The translations under genes were made by a program, and so were the position numbers. Of a DNA stretch of 64,000 nt, positions 36,396 to 48,249 are shown in pieces. Where the stretch lies: assembly GCF_030028105.1 (NCBI RefSeq), contig NC_092374.1, forward strand, positions 185,908,638 through 185,972,637. Reading direction: 5' to 3'. Positions within the stretch are counted from its first letter, which is position 1; each line of letters starts with the position of its first letter. The notes under the pieces were generated by a model. It had not been told where the DNA came from and did no database searches. It saw only the letters and a list, made by a program, of their open reading frames with translations. The DNA comes from Mobula birostris (lineage: Eukaryota).

Positions 36396-38949
36396 GGCCA
36401 TCTTTAGCTGCTCTGTCAATGACCTTCACACTGTCATAAGGTCAGTTCTGTCGGGCAATGAAACAGTTTGTGCTTCACATACGGAACCTTGGACTATGCT
36501 GAGGCCAGGGGTGATGAGTACCAAGTGCTGCTGAAGGGAGCTGTGAGGGATCGACTGGTGGAGTGTCTGTTGGTCAGGAAACCAATGTGATGAGAGTTTA
36601 ATAGTCCTCAGTAAAGTGAAACGTAATCTCCAGAACCCTGACCCGTGCACTGGGTGGCAATGTGGGTATTTACAGTGAATGTCAGGGGCTGAAGCAGCAG
36701 AGGGTGAAGTGAGTCTGTGATACTTGTTGTCAAGCCTCATGAGAATGGAGTGTGAAAATGTAGCCTCTGGCGATGTGTTGGACATGTGTTGGAAGGGTTA
36801 ACAAGCTGATTCAGGGCAAGAGGGAGAAGGCCGGTTGGGAGTTTTCACTGGTAGTTGCAGTTTGATGGAGTATTTGTGATGGGAGGTAATCTCAGTGATG
36901 AAAAGCCACTCTGATGGTGAGATAATGTGTCCCTCCGTGAGAGTGAACCCCCACTGGGATCGTGTTTGTGTCCCGGGGATCAGGGGACGGGTGTAATCCT
37001 GTTGGTGAGTGAGAGACTGAGGCAGCTCAGGCGATCGGGACAGAGTTATGTTTCAGGTCAAAGACTCTTCATCTGATTACTATTTACAACATTCCTTTTT
37101 TTGAGTTCCACTGTCTGTGGCTTTATTTTAAACACAAGAGATTCTGCAGATGCTGGAAATCCAGAGCAAAACACAAAATGCTGGAGGAGCTCAGCAGGTC
37201 AGGCAGCGTCTATGAAAGTGAACAACCAGTCCTGAAGAAAGGTCTTGGCCCAAAACGTGAACAATTTGTTCATTTCCATCAATACTGCCTGACTGTTGAG
37301 TTCCTCCAGCAGTTTTTATTTTATTTATTTTTAAATTTATTAAGATAGGATATGGAACAAGCCCTTCTGGTCCTTTGATCAGAGATGTCCAGCAACACCC
37401 CAGTTTAATCCCCACCCAGTCGCAGGACAATGTAGAATGACCAATTAGCCTACCAACCAGTCCGTCTTTGGACTGTGGGAGGATACTGGAGCACCCAGAG
37501 GAAACCCACGCTGTCACAGGGTGAAGGTACAAACTCCTCATAGATAGCAGTGGGTCTGTGTTGCTGTGGCTTTATTTATTGATTTCCTCAAACACTGCCT
37601 CTGATCGACGGGTTTGAGGGTCAGTGCCATTGCGTCGGAAAAGGAAAGGACACGGGTGTTCCAGCGGTGACCAGCAGAGGGAGTCCCAGGACAATGTAGA
37701 CTCTACTCCGAAGGGAGATATGCGATCAGTACAGGGTACCGGTGAGGCTGCACCTGGAGCGTTGCGCATAGTTCAGGTGTTCTTACCTGTGGAAGGATAT
37801 ACTGCTTTGGAGGCGGTGCAGAGGAGGTTCACCAGGTTGATTCCAGATATGAAGGGTTTAGACTGTGAGGCGCCTTGGACTGTACTGGCTGGAATTCAGA
37901 AGAATGAGAGGAGATCTTATAGAAACATATAAAATTATCAAAGGGATAGATAAGATAGAGGCAGGAAAGGTGTTTCCACTGGTAGGTGAGACTAGGACTA
38001 GGGGATATAGCCTATTCAGGGCAGTAGATTTAGGACGGAGATGAGGAGGAAATGCTTTTCCCAGAGTGTAGTAAATCTGCGGAATTCTGTCCAATGAAGC
38101 AGTGGAGGCTACCTCTGTAAATATATTTAAGATAAAATTCAATAATTTTTTTCGTAGTAGGGGAATACAAGAAACACAACAGAGTCACCCAACAGGACAA
38201 CCAAATAATTCATGTGCAAAAGACAACAAATTCTTCAAATGCGAGAGAGAGAGAGAGAGAGAGATAAATAAATATTGAGAACATGAGGTACTCTCCACCA
38301 CATACCTATAGACATTTGTTAAAATTGTAGATGCCACACTGAATCTTCACATACTTCTAAGGAAGTAGAGGCACTGCTGTGCTTTCTTCATAATTTCACT
38401 TACACACTGGGCCTCGGACAGGTTCTCTGAGATGATAACACTGAGGAATTTAAAGTGGCTGTCCCTCTCCACCTCTGAGGATTGGCTCATGGACCTCTGG
38501 TTTCATCCTCCTGAAGTCACCAGTCATCTCCTTGATCTTGCTGACATTGGTTCCAAAATGCGCTGGCACCTGCGCTCAGGCAATTAGGGGCAGTTGACAC
38601 CAATAATGACCAGAAAATGCTGACGTGTCACCACCAGCACTGGAGCCACAGCCAGGGCTGAAACGAGACTGACACTGAGGAAAGAGTGACCACCTCAATC
38701 TCCCACCCTCTCCCCCGCACAAAACCGATGACACAGGCAGAGAAGTGCCAAACAGGAGAGGTTAAATTGGAAGGGAGCCAACAGCTAAAGGGATGGGGAA
38801 GGAATTCTGCTGAATAACCCTGCCTCTGGAGACTGGGGGCAGACAGATGCCATAAGCACCCAGTTCCAGTAGAGTGTGAACAACACAGTGTCCAAAACAT
38901 ACCAGCTTTGGGAAACCGGGAGTTGTAGAAAGGCCAGTAGACCCCCACC

Positions 38950-41800
38950 CCCACCCCACACCTGGAATCTGGGAGGAGACAAGCGTCCAGTGCACCCCAG
39001 TTCACCCCAGTTCAGAGAGGTGGAGGGTGTGGGTCAACTGGAGCAGGATGTTGGAGGAGGAACAGTGACCAATCTCCCCCCAGACACACCACAACATCCC
39101 TCACACATTGGAGGACCATCTGCAGTACCTCAGGCTGTTTACCAAGGTTGTAGGCATGACAGTTCAGACTGAGTGACAAGTGGATGAGACCTATGATTCC
39201 AGAACTCAAGCATGGAGATACCAACAGGCTCTTTGGACATGCACAGTGTGAAGAAAACTGTGTGATGTGTGTTGCCAAGGTCAAGGCTGATGTGACTTTG
39301 CCACAAGAGTGTGGTCTACTACATCTCCACAACTACTGCAGGAGGTCACAATGGTGTCCCCATGGTTTGTCTATGTGGTTGGGTGAAGAGGTTCTTTGTC
39401 TGCAAAGGGGTTCAGAGAGCAAGACAGGATCAGAGGGACCTGTGCAAACTCCAGACAGAGTTGGATCAACTTCTCCTGCTGCAGTCAAAGGGGATGGGTG
39501 TGAGGGGAGGAGTTACAACAGGTGAAAGACAGGCAACTCCAGCTCTCCCTGCTGAATCCTCCAAGATCACCTTCCAACCCAGGTCCACACCATGGAACAG
39601 GATGGGGAATGCTCACACTTCTTGTTCTAAATGGTTCACAGTGGGTACCTGTGATCCTCAGCTCTAAAGAAGAGGGCGGCTCAGTAGCATCCTCACAAAT
39701 GGACATGTCGAGGATCTGCAGGTCCTTCTATGCCAGTCATTATGACAGCGAGGTTGTAAAAATTGAATCTGAATAAAACTCAGGAGACCAGCTTCTTATA
39801 ATTACAACAGTTTATTGCACACCCTCCTGAAGGAGTTTGAGACCCAGTTGTCAGAGGGAAACCACGTAAGTACTGCCACAATCTGACAAGTGGGCCCACT
39901 CTCTCTAGTTACAGCTGTATATTTATACATAGTAAGCCCCATACATTACTGTTGCAAGATGTCATTTGAACTGGTACGTCCAACAAGTCTGTTGGTGCGA
40001 AACTTAGTTACAGGTAAAAGAGTCTGCTAGATCAAGGCTTAATTACAGATGGATGTGCCGTCCAATCCTTATCAGTTATTCCCTTTGCTAGGCCCTGACT
40101 TAATTACAGATGGATGTTCATTCCTGTCCTTATCGGTGAGTCCTCCTACTCCTACTCAAATGAGGGTACAATGTCAATGTTATCAAACTCTCAATGTCCC
40201 CCTGCAATCTGAGGAGAACTGGTAATGAGCCTGTCTTAGCTAACTGCTGAAGACAGAGTTACTTCAGTTCAAAAATTCCTATTCAGTCCCAATTATTCTT
40301 TCAGCCAGAGGTTACATAGTTTCAAAATGATCTATTTATATCCCCAATTCCTCAAGGTCACAAAACAGCACAGTCTCCCAGAACTTCCTATCCTCTACCT
40401 CAAACTGTAAACGGGAGAGTCTGGACCAACCACGGACCCTGGAGAGGCTGACTGGCTCCATCCATTCCTTCCACTCGAATAAAATTCCCAGGTGCGAGGG
40501 CTTACTGGCTGAGCTACACTCGGCTCTGTGGGACTGAAAGGGACCATACCTGCTGGCAGCATGTCAGATGCCACAGGAAAGGGCATCATTACCCTCATCT
40601 ACGAGTAGAAAGGGAGATGGATGACATCAGGAGTTGGTGGTCCATCTCACTATTGAATGCAGATTACAAGATCATGTCCAAGGCCAGGACAGGGTCATCT
40701 CTGCTCTAGGATGGATGATCCACCCAGACCAAACCTATGCTGTACCGACAGGAGGATCTTTGACAGCCTTGCCCTTGTTGGACATACCATGCCTACATGT
40801 AGGATCAGGGGGAGTGGATGCCTGCCTGATCATTTTGGACCTGGAGAAAGCTGTCCTCAGAAAATCCAATGCATAAGTGATGGATGTACTCTCCAAAATA
40901 AACTTTGAGATGGGATTCAGGAACTGTTCTATACAGATGTATGCAGTACAGTACAAATCAATGGGTGGGAAGAAGAGGCAGGGAACAAGTGTGGAGTCAG
41001 ACTGGTTTTCCATTCCCCCCTCTCTTGTGTGCTGTATAGAACCCCTTGCCAAAGTAATCGGGGTGGAGGAGAGCAGAAGAGGGAGGATGTTGCTGGGCAG
41101 TGGAGGGATTCAGGTAAAAACTATGTACATTGACAACATCAGCATCTTCTGCTGGGATCCAAGGTTAGTTCTCAGATTGATCAACATCTGCAACCAGCTG
41201 AAGTTGGCATCAGGGGCCAGGGTTAACTGCATGAAGAGAGAGGCCATGCTCTTCAGCAACTGGCCCGACTGATCCAGTGTCCCTTTCACCATCAAGTTCG
41301 AATACGTGAATGTGCTGGGGATCTGGTTTGTAGGGGCTAAGGTGTAAACAAGAATTGTCTGGAGTGCATTCAGAGGGTCAAACAGAAATTGGGATTGTGT
41401 GGAACTCACTCCCTATCAATAACTGGGAAGAACCTGGTCATCAGGTGTGAGGTGCTCTCAGGATTGCTGTACTTGGCACAGGTGTAGGCCACTTCTCCCC
41501 ACCAGACCCCGAACTTTCCACCCACAACCCCTCTTCTCCAACTTGGGAGTCACCCAAGAATTCTCCAGGTTCCTCTGGGGATCCAAGAAGAAGTGGGTCA
41601 CAATGAAGAAATCGCTTGATAACAGGGCCAAAAACGTTCACAATGTCACTCATCCTGATTACCACCTTCCCGTGTAGCTACTTCAGGGTGTGTGTGGAAA
41701 TTAGGCGAAATTTGGTCTGCTGGAAACCTGTTGGTCTCCCGGCAGAGTGAGAGGTCCCTGAGGGAATGCTGATGACGGACACTCTGAAGTTCGGTGCAGT
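38950..41800 (+). mobile_element. Degraded Tx1-type L1 LINE ORF2, interrupted by a solo LTR
   Basis: VKRFFVCKGVQRAR, MIHPDQTYAVP, LDLEKA, MYIDNISIF, VLGIWF fragments. Confidence 0.75.
39755..40354. mobile_element. Solo LTR with a 4-bp TSD (AGGT)
   Basis: TG...CA termini; aggt at 39751-39754 and 40355-40358; the Tx1 sequence rejoins across it. Confidence 0.75.
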
Positions 41801-42059
41801 GTTAAGACTCTGTGGGGAAGGATCTCAGTCTAGGTTCCTTCTGCTCAGGACAGGGAGGAGCTAAATGGGGTGGAACATCCCCGGAGAGGAAGACCTGCTG
41901 CGCTCCTCCAGCATTTTGTGTGTGTTCATGTCAATCTCTTCCTTCTCCTCTTCTCAAAATAACGTCACGGAGGAATTTTTAAACCCGGTTAAGAAATTAA
42001 TCATTTTTACCAAAAAGGCTAAATGTTATGTATTCACTTGGGATAGTTTAGCCAGTGTT

Positions 42060-42450
42060 GAGTCTTTGTTGATGCCGAACCGTGCCTCAGCTCCGTGACC
42101 GGGCGTGCAGACACTGCTCTCCGTGTGATAGTGAATGGGGCAGTCTCCCAGAGCAGGTCCGGCACCGAGCGGTCGGGAACGGGCATGGGTCGGGTGAGCG
42201 CCAGTACCGGAAAACTTCATTCCCGGGTTGAGAGGCCTGGCTCACCCCTCAGCCTCCGGATATTTTTACTCGTTCAACTTTTCTGGCTTCTGCTCCAGCC
42301 TGGTGTGATCGGTGCCGAAGGTAAGGGAATGAATTCATGTGTGAATGCGAGAGTCGCAGTCTCCATTTCCGTGCTCGGAGACTGTGGTGTCACGACAACA
42401 GATTGCTGACTGAACGAGCTTTGCGAGCTGAAGTCTGTTGTCCGAGGGAA
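42060..42450 (+). promoter_or_regulatory. CpG-rich promoter/first-exon region of gene B
   Basis: Local CpG enrichment in non-repeat DNA around the leader exon, against a CpG-poor background. Confidence 0.55.
42185..42320 (+). CDS. Gene B exon 1: leader/signal peptide
   Basis: ATG at 42185 (ggcATGg); MGRVSASTGKLHSRVERPGSPLSLRIFLLVQLFWLLLQPGVIGAE; phase-1 donor G|GTaagg matches the phase-1 IgV exon downstream. Confidence 0.8.
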
Positions 42451-43109
42451 ATGTTTACGGAGTATAAATAAATGACACGGCCATTAACTTTTTTAACAGT
42501 ACAGTACGTTACAAACATGACAAAGATCATTTAACTTTGTTCACGTGACTGAAATTATACACAATTTAAAGGAACAAATAAACACAACACATTGGTGCCA
42601 GCTGAGAGAGAGAAAAAAGAGGTAGTGTTCGGGTTTTCAGTTTAATTCCAGACCCTGACTGTAATGGTAAATTGGAGGGACATGTAAAACTTTTATTTTG
42701 CATGTCATACAGAACCACTGCGACATCAGTACATTGAGGTGGTACGAGGGACTGTGTACAACAAAGGAATGAGGTATGAAGTGTTACAGTTCCCCAGAAA
42801 GCTCAGTGCAAGCAGACTGTGAGGTGAAACGGCATGATGAGGTCAATTGTGAGGTCAAGTCTCCATCTCATCGTACTAGGGAACCATTCGAGGATCCATG
42901 AACACATTGATTTGCAATAAATATTAATATGTATTTGGAATTTGCTGTAAACACGAGAGGTCCTGGTGAAGAGTCTCAGCCCAAAACGTCTATTGCTCAT
43001 TAATTTCCGTAGCTGCTGCCTGAGCTGCTGAGTTCCTCCACCATTTTGTGTGTGTTGCTGCAAATTTGCTGTTTCTGTGCTGGCCTGACATGAACGTTGT
43101 CCTTCAGAG

Positions 43110-43690
43110 ATCAAAGTATTGAGTACAGGAGTTGGGATGTTATGTTGAAGTTGTATAAGTCATCAGGCCTAATTCGGAGTATTGTGTGCAGGTTTTTGTC
43201 ACCTATCACAGGAAGGTTGTAGAAGTTTGAAAGAGAAAATTTATAAGGATGTTGCTGGGACTGGAGGACCTGAGTTATAAGGAAAGATTGAATAAGTTAG
43301 AACTTTATTCCCTAGAACGTAGAAGACTGAGAGGAGATTTGATAGAGGTATACAAAATTATGAGGGGTACAGATGGGGTAAATGCAAGCAGGCTTTTTCT
43401 ACTGAGGTTGGGTGCGACTACAACTGAAGGTCATGAGATGAGGGTGAAAGGTGAAATGTTTAAGGGGAACATGAGGGGATCTTCTTCACCCAGAGGTGGT
43501 GAGAGTGTGGAATGAGTGGCCAGTGCAAGTGATTTCAATTTCAGCGTTCAAGAGAAATTTGGATAGGTACATAGATGGGAGTGGTGTGGAGGGCTATGGT
43601 TTGGGTGGAGGTTAATGAAACTAGGAGGTTTAAATGGTTCAGTATGGACAAGATGGGCCGAAGAGCCTGTTTCTGAGCTGTAGTTTTCTA
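43110..43690 (+). mobile_element. CR1 3' fragment
   Basis: LGLEDLSYKERLNKLELYSLERRRLRGDLIEVYKIM. Confidence 0.85.
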
Positions 43691-44599
43691 GGAATATGAC
43701 TTTAAAAGAAAAGTATTCAATAATTATAAAAATGAATGATATAAAAGTAAATTCATTGGTTAAAGTACAGATATGGAACAGAATGTGTATAAATACATAA
43801 ATTCCAGCCTCTGTTCACAATGTAAACAGTTTTATAAAAAGTGGTTTACAGTGCAGTCCAGTGACTGAAGTAATAGATGGAGGTGGGCTAACTTAAATAA
43901 CTGGTCTAATTAACTACCTGGTGAAGACATTTTTAAGATATGAAGTTTTTGTTTCAATAGTCTCATAATAGGTGGGTAGGAGTTGTCCTTGAGCCTGGTG
44001 GGACGAGCTTTCAGGCTTTTGTATCTATTGCCCGATGGGAGAGTGGAGAAGAGAGAGTGTCCGGGGTGAATGGGTCTTTGATTGTGCTGACTGCTTTCCT
44101 CAGGCAGCGAGGAGTGTCAACAGAATCCAGAAACTGTCTCCGAGCTCCTATACCTCTTGCCTGATGCCAGCATCAAGAAGAAGACATGTCTGGGACAGTC
44201 AACGTCGTTGATTATGGAGTTCTCAGAAGTTTCGTTTTGACTTTTTATGCAGGTGGAATTAAGATTTTAAGACCATGAGATACAGGAGCAGTCTTAGGCC
44301 ATTTGGCCCATTGAGTCTGCTCCACCATTCAATCATTGCTAATCCAGTTTCCTTGTCAGCCCCAAACTCCTGCCTCCCCCTCCCCCATGTCCCTCCATGC
44401 CCTGATTAATGAAGAATCTCTCAGCCACTGCCTGAAATATACCAAATGACTTGGCCTCCAAAGCGGCAATGAATTCTACAAATTCACTCCTCTCTGGCTG
44501 AGGAAATTCCTCCCCGTCTCCATTGTAAAGTTATGCCCCTCTTTTCTGAGGCTGTGTCCTCGGTCTCAGACTCCCCCACCATAGGAATCATCCTATGAC

Positions 44600-45390
44600 A
44601 GTGTGCAGTCAGACTGTCAGGAAGGGCAGCCAGATAATAGGACATAATTGCAGCCAGCAGGACGAATATCAATGCATTAGGGATGCAGAATCAAAAAGGC
44701 TGGCAGAAACAGTAGTCAGAGTGTTATATCTCAATGTATGGAGTACAAGAAATAAGGTAGATGACCTTGTTCCACTTTTACAGATTGTTGGGTATGATGT
44801 TGTGGCCATCACTGAATCGTGGCTGAAGGATGGTTGTACGGTAGTTGGAAACTGAATGTCCAGGGTCACACATTGTAACGGAGGGATAGGAAGGTAGGCA
44901 AAGGGATTGCCGTAGCTCTGCTGTTTCAGAAAAATGGCATCAAATCATCAGAAAGGTGTGATATAGGATTGGAAGATGTTGAATCCTTGTGGGTTGAGTT
45001 ATGAAACTGCAAGGGTAAAAGGACCCTGATGGCATTTATATACAGGTCTCACACAGTGGATCACAGATTACAAAGGGAAATAGCAAAGGCGTGTCAAAGG
45101 GTTAATGTTATGATAGTCATGGGAGATTTTAACATGCAGGCAGATTGGGAAAATCAGATTGGTAATGGATCCCAAGAGAGTGAAATTGTTGAATGCCTAC
45201 GAGATGGCTTTTTGGAACAATTTGTTGTTAAGCCTACTAGACGATCGGCTATACTAGATTGAGTGTTATATAATGAACCGGCGGCAATTAGGGAGCTTAA
45301 GGTAAAGGAAGCAATAGGAGACAGTGATCGTAATATGATGGCGTTCAACTTGAAATTTGATAGGGAGAAAGTAAAGTCCGACACAGCAGT
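44600..45390 (+). mobile_element. CR1 APE fragment, preceded by an antisense CR1 3' fragment (about 44260-44600)
   Basis: YLNVWSTRNKVDDL, AITESWL, MGDFNM. Confidence 0.8.
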
Positions 45391-45499
45391 ATTTCATTCT
45401 TTTTCAATCTTTTTATTAATTTTCAAATTTATAAATATATCAACAATATTAGTACACAGGGACTGGGATTACATTATTGATAATTAACATTTGCAAATA

Positions 45500-45980
45500 T
45501 AAACTTAGTAAGAAAGTTTTTTTTTCAAGGTCTTGTATAAAACTTTCTCTCAGGCTACAATTTTGTTCATATTGCTTTGGCTTATAGTTTTTAGTAACTT
45601 TACTATTCAACATTGTTCATGTTGTAAATAGTATTAATAAAAATCAATTTACAATCTTCATTTAAATTAAATCTACCAAGTCTACCTTTAGAAAAATTAA
45701 ATCCCATTTTGACTTAAGCAGATATTTATTATTTATAAGATTTTAAAATTTATGAAAGGAAAGGAAAGAGATTAATATCAAGAAACTTTACAAGAAGGGT
45801 TGGCTAAAATTCATTCTCTACTAAAAAGAGCATTGACAATTATTTTTGGATTATTATATCTACAATTTACTGATCATGCTAACATACCATGAGCTGTTCA
45901 TATAATAATTTTTATACAGGGGTTCCCTGAGACCAGAAAATTATGCCAAGGCTTCCTCTAGTTTGAGAAAGACTGCTCTA
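45500..45980. mobile_element. AT-rich hAT-like non-autonomous element, intact relative of the fragments at 23530-31770
   Basis: Ends in tttgagaaagactgctcta (reverse complement tagagcagtctttctcaaa); colinear with four separated fragments upstream. Confidence 0.55.
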
Positions 45981-45994
45981 CACTCATAAATATG

Positions 45995-46710
45995 TGGCTA
46001 GGCACAACTCAAATGCCATCTCTAAATTTGCTGATAACCCAACTATTGTTGGGAGAATTTCAGGTGGCGATATGAGGGAGTACAGGAGTGAGATAGTTCA
46101 GGTGGTTCAGAGGTGTTACAGGAAAACCCTTGCACTCAGCATCAGTAAGACCAATGAACTGATTTTGGATTTCAGAAAAGGTAAAATGAGGGAAGACACA
46201 CCAGTCCTCATAGAGAGATCAGAAGTATAAAGAGTGAGCAATTTCAAATTCCTGGGTGTCAACATCTCTAAGGATCTGTCCTGGGCCGAACATATCAAAG
46301 CAGTAACAATGGAGGCATAACAGCTGCTATATTGCATTGGTAGTTTGAGGAGATTTGGTCTACTCACTAATTTCTAGAGATGTCCTGTGGAGAGCTTTCT
46401 AGCTGGTTGCATCACCATCTGGTATGAGGAGCTATTGCGCAGAATCAAAACAAGCTGCAGAAAATTGTAAACTCGGTCAATTTCATCACAGGCACGAGCC
46501 TCCCAAGCATCCAGGACATCTTCAAGGAGAAATGCCTCAGAAAGGCAGTATCCATCATCAAGGACCCCATCACCCAAGACATGCACTCTTCTCATTGCTG
46601 TCACCAAGAGCCTAAAGGCACACATTCAATGATTCAAAACAGCTTCTTCTCCTCTGCCACCAGCTTTCTGAATGGATATTGAACCTGACTTCTGTACATT
46701 CTCTTTTTGC
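45995..46710 (+). mobile_element. Rex1/Babar LINE RT 3' part (related copies at about 56580-57240 minus strand and 63090-63790 plus strand)
   Basis: ISKFADNPTIVGRI, LSISKTNELILDFRK, FKFLGVNISKDLSW, ESILTGCITVWYG. Confidence 0.8.
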
Positions 46711-46969
46711 ACTACTTCCAAAGATCAAACTTGGTAACAATAGGCCAGTGAGCCGAATATCAGTGGTGGGAATGTTATTGGAGGGGATTGTGAAGAGCAG
46801 AAATGACCAGCAATTGGAAAGACAGGAACAGCTGTGGACTAGTTCTCATGGCTGTGTATGAGGGAAAGAGTCTGTCACAAATTTGATGGTGTTTTTTGAA
46901 GAGGTAACAAAAGTGATTGAGGTTGGGCATTAACTGTTGACTATGTGGACGTTAACAAGGCCTACAGGG

Positions 46970-47450
46970 TACACTGCTGGCACACTCTCGTCTGCAGGAG
47001 TACGTTCTGAGGGATGCACTCAAACTTGGTGCAGCCACCGCGAAGGCCCGGTGGGGAAGGACCACAGTTTAACGTTCATCACCCGTAGGAGGGGGAGAGG
47101 TTGGGTGGGGAGGAGACCTACCCTCATCAGCGGTGTGGACAGATAATCAACATGGTGCCCAAGGAGTGGGTGCAATTGTTAATTTGGGAAAGTATTAGAG
47201 CCATTGCCTGCCTTTATTGTTGAAAATTTTGATTGTTAATAAGTTTTAACACTTGACCAAGGGTTGAGAGTAAACGCATGATTTACTGTAAACATCTTTC
47301 ATTTGTAAATGAACAGAGTCAACGCAAAATTTTATTGTTAATAACTGTATTGAATAAGGACTCACAGTCAACGAATGGTTTTCTTTTTCTGTATGTAATT
47401 ATTTTTATTTTGTAATATTTCTGAATAAAGTATTTTTGGAAAAAAAAAAA
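46970..47450 (+). mobile_element. Tx1 LINE 3' end with poly(A)
   Basis: LAHSRLQEYVLRDALKLGAATAKARWGRTTV*, then 3' UTR, aataaa and an A-run. Confidence 0.75.
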
Positions 47451-47679
47451 GTACACTAGTCTATATCTGGATTGTTTAACAAGTTCCACACTGGAGGCTG
47501 GTGGAGAATTTGGACCATGTGGGATCCAGGATGAGCTTTTCACTTGAATATAACATTGTCTCAGTGGAAGGAGATTGGAGAGGGTAGTAATGAGTCGCTA
47601 TTCAGATTGGAGGCCTGTGATCAGTGGTGTACTGCAAGGATCAGCCCAGAATTCACTGTACATGGATTGCCACTTGATG

Positions 47680-48168
47680 GATTCATGTCATCCTGGAGGG
47701 GTTTGCAGAATCTGATCAAATGTGAAGGGTGTAGCCCAGAGGAGAGGACTTGGGCATACTCCAGTTTTATATTCATTCCATCACCCAGGGAAGAGTTCCA
47801 CTGGACCAGTTGGATCACCCTGGGCCATTGGGTGTCAGGCGTTGGGGGGGTATCCTGTCAGGGATGCACAGACAGGCACCTCCCTGTTTCAATCCAGTTA
47901 ACAGGAGTCATCTTGCACTCATTTCCAACTCATCACCTGCAGCCTATTTAAACCCAGCTCTCATCCACAATCATTGTTTACACATACAAGCCAGCCAGTC
48001 TCAGTCAGTGGTCCTATCCTTCTGTTACCTTGTCATGTTTAGTTTCATTTGTGTTTTGGTTTGTGGCCCCACGTGTCTTGTTATTTTGCAGTATATTATT
48101 TTGCACTCCCCAGTAAATCATCTCAGCTGCTCTGTGTTTGGGTCAGGTGTCCTCTACAGTTCCTGACA
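47680..48168 (+). mobile_element. Chromoviral Gypsy 3' end: chromodomain remnant, polypurine tract and LTR (47856-48168)
   Basis: GLQNLIKCEGCSPEERTWAYSSFI resembles GLQYLVDWEGYGPEERSW; G-run then tgtcagg...cctgaca. Confidence 0.65.
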
Positions 48169-48249
48169 GTCTGGGAGCTTTGTGGTACCATTCTTGGGAA
48201 ATTGTTTGGTTACATCTGCAGAGAAGGGAAGTGAAAGTCACGTTTATTT

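Noticed and set aside
42095-42409. ORF-track start MTGRADT...
   Set aside because: It uses a GTG start, which is not appropriate for a vertebrate. The real start is probably ATG 42185, and the frame leaves by splicing at 42320.
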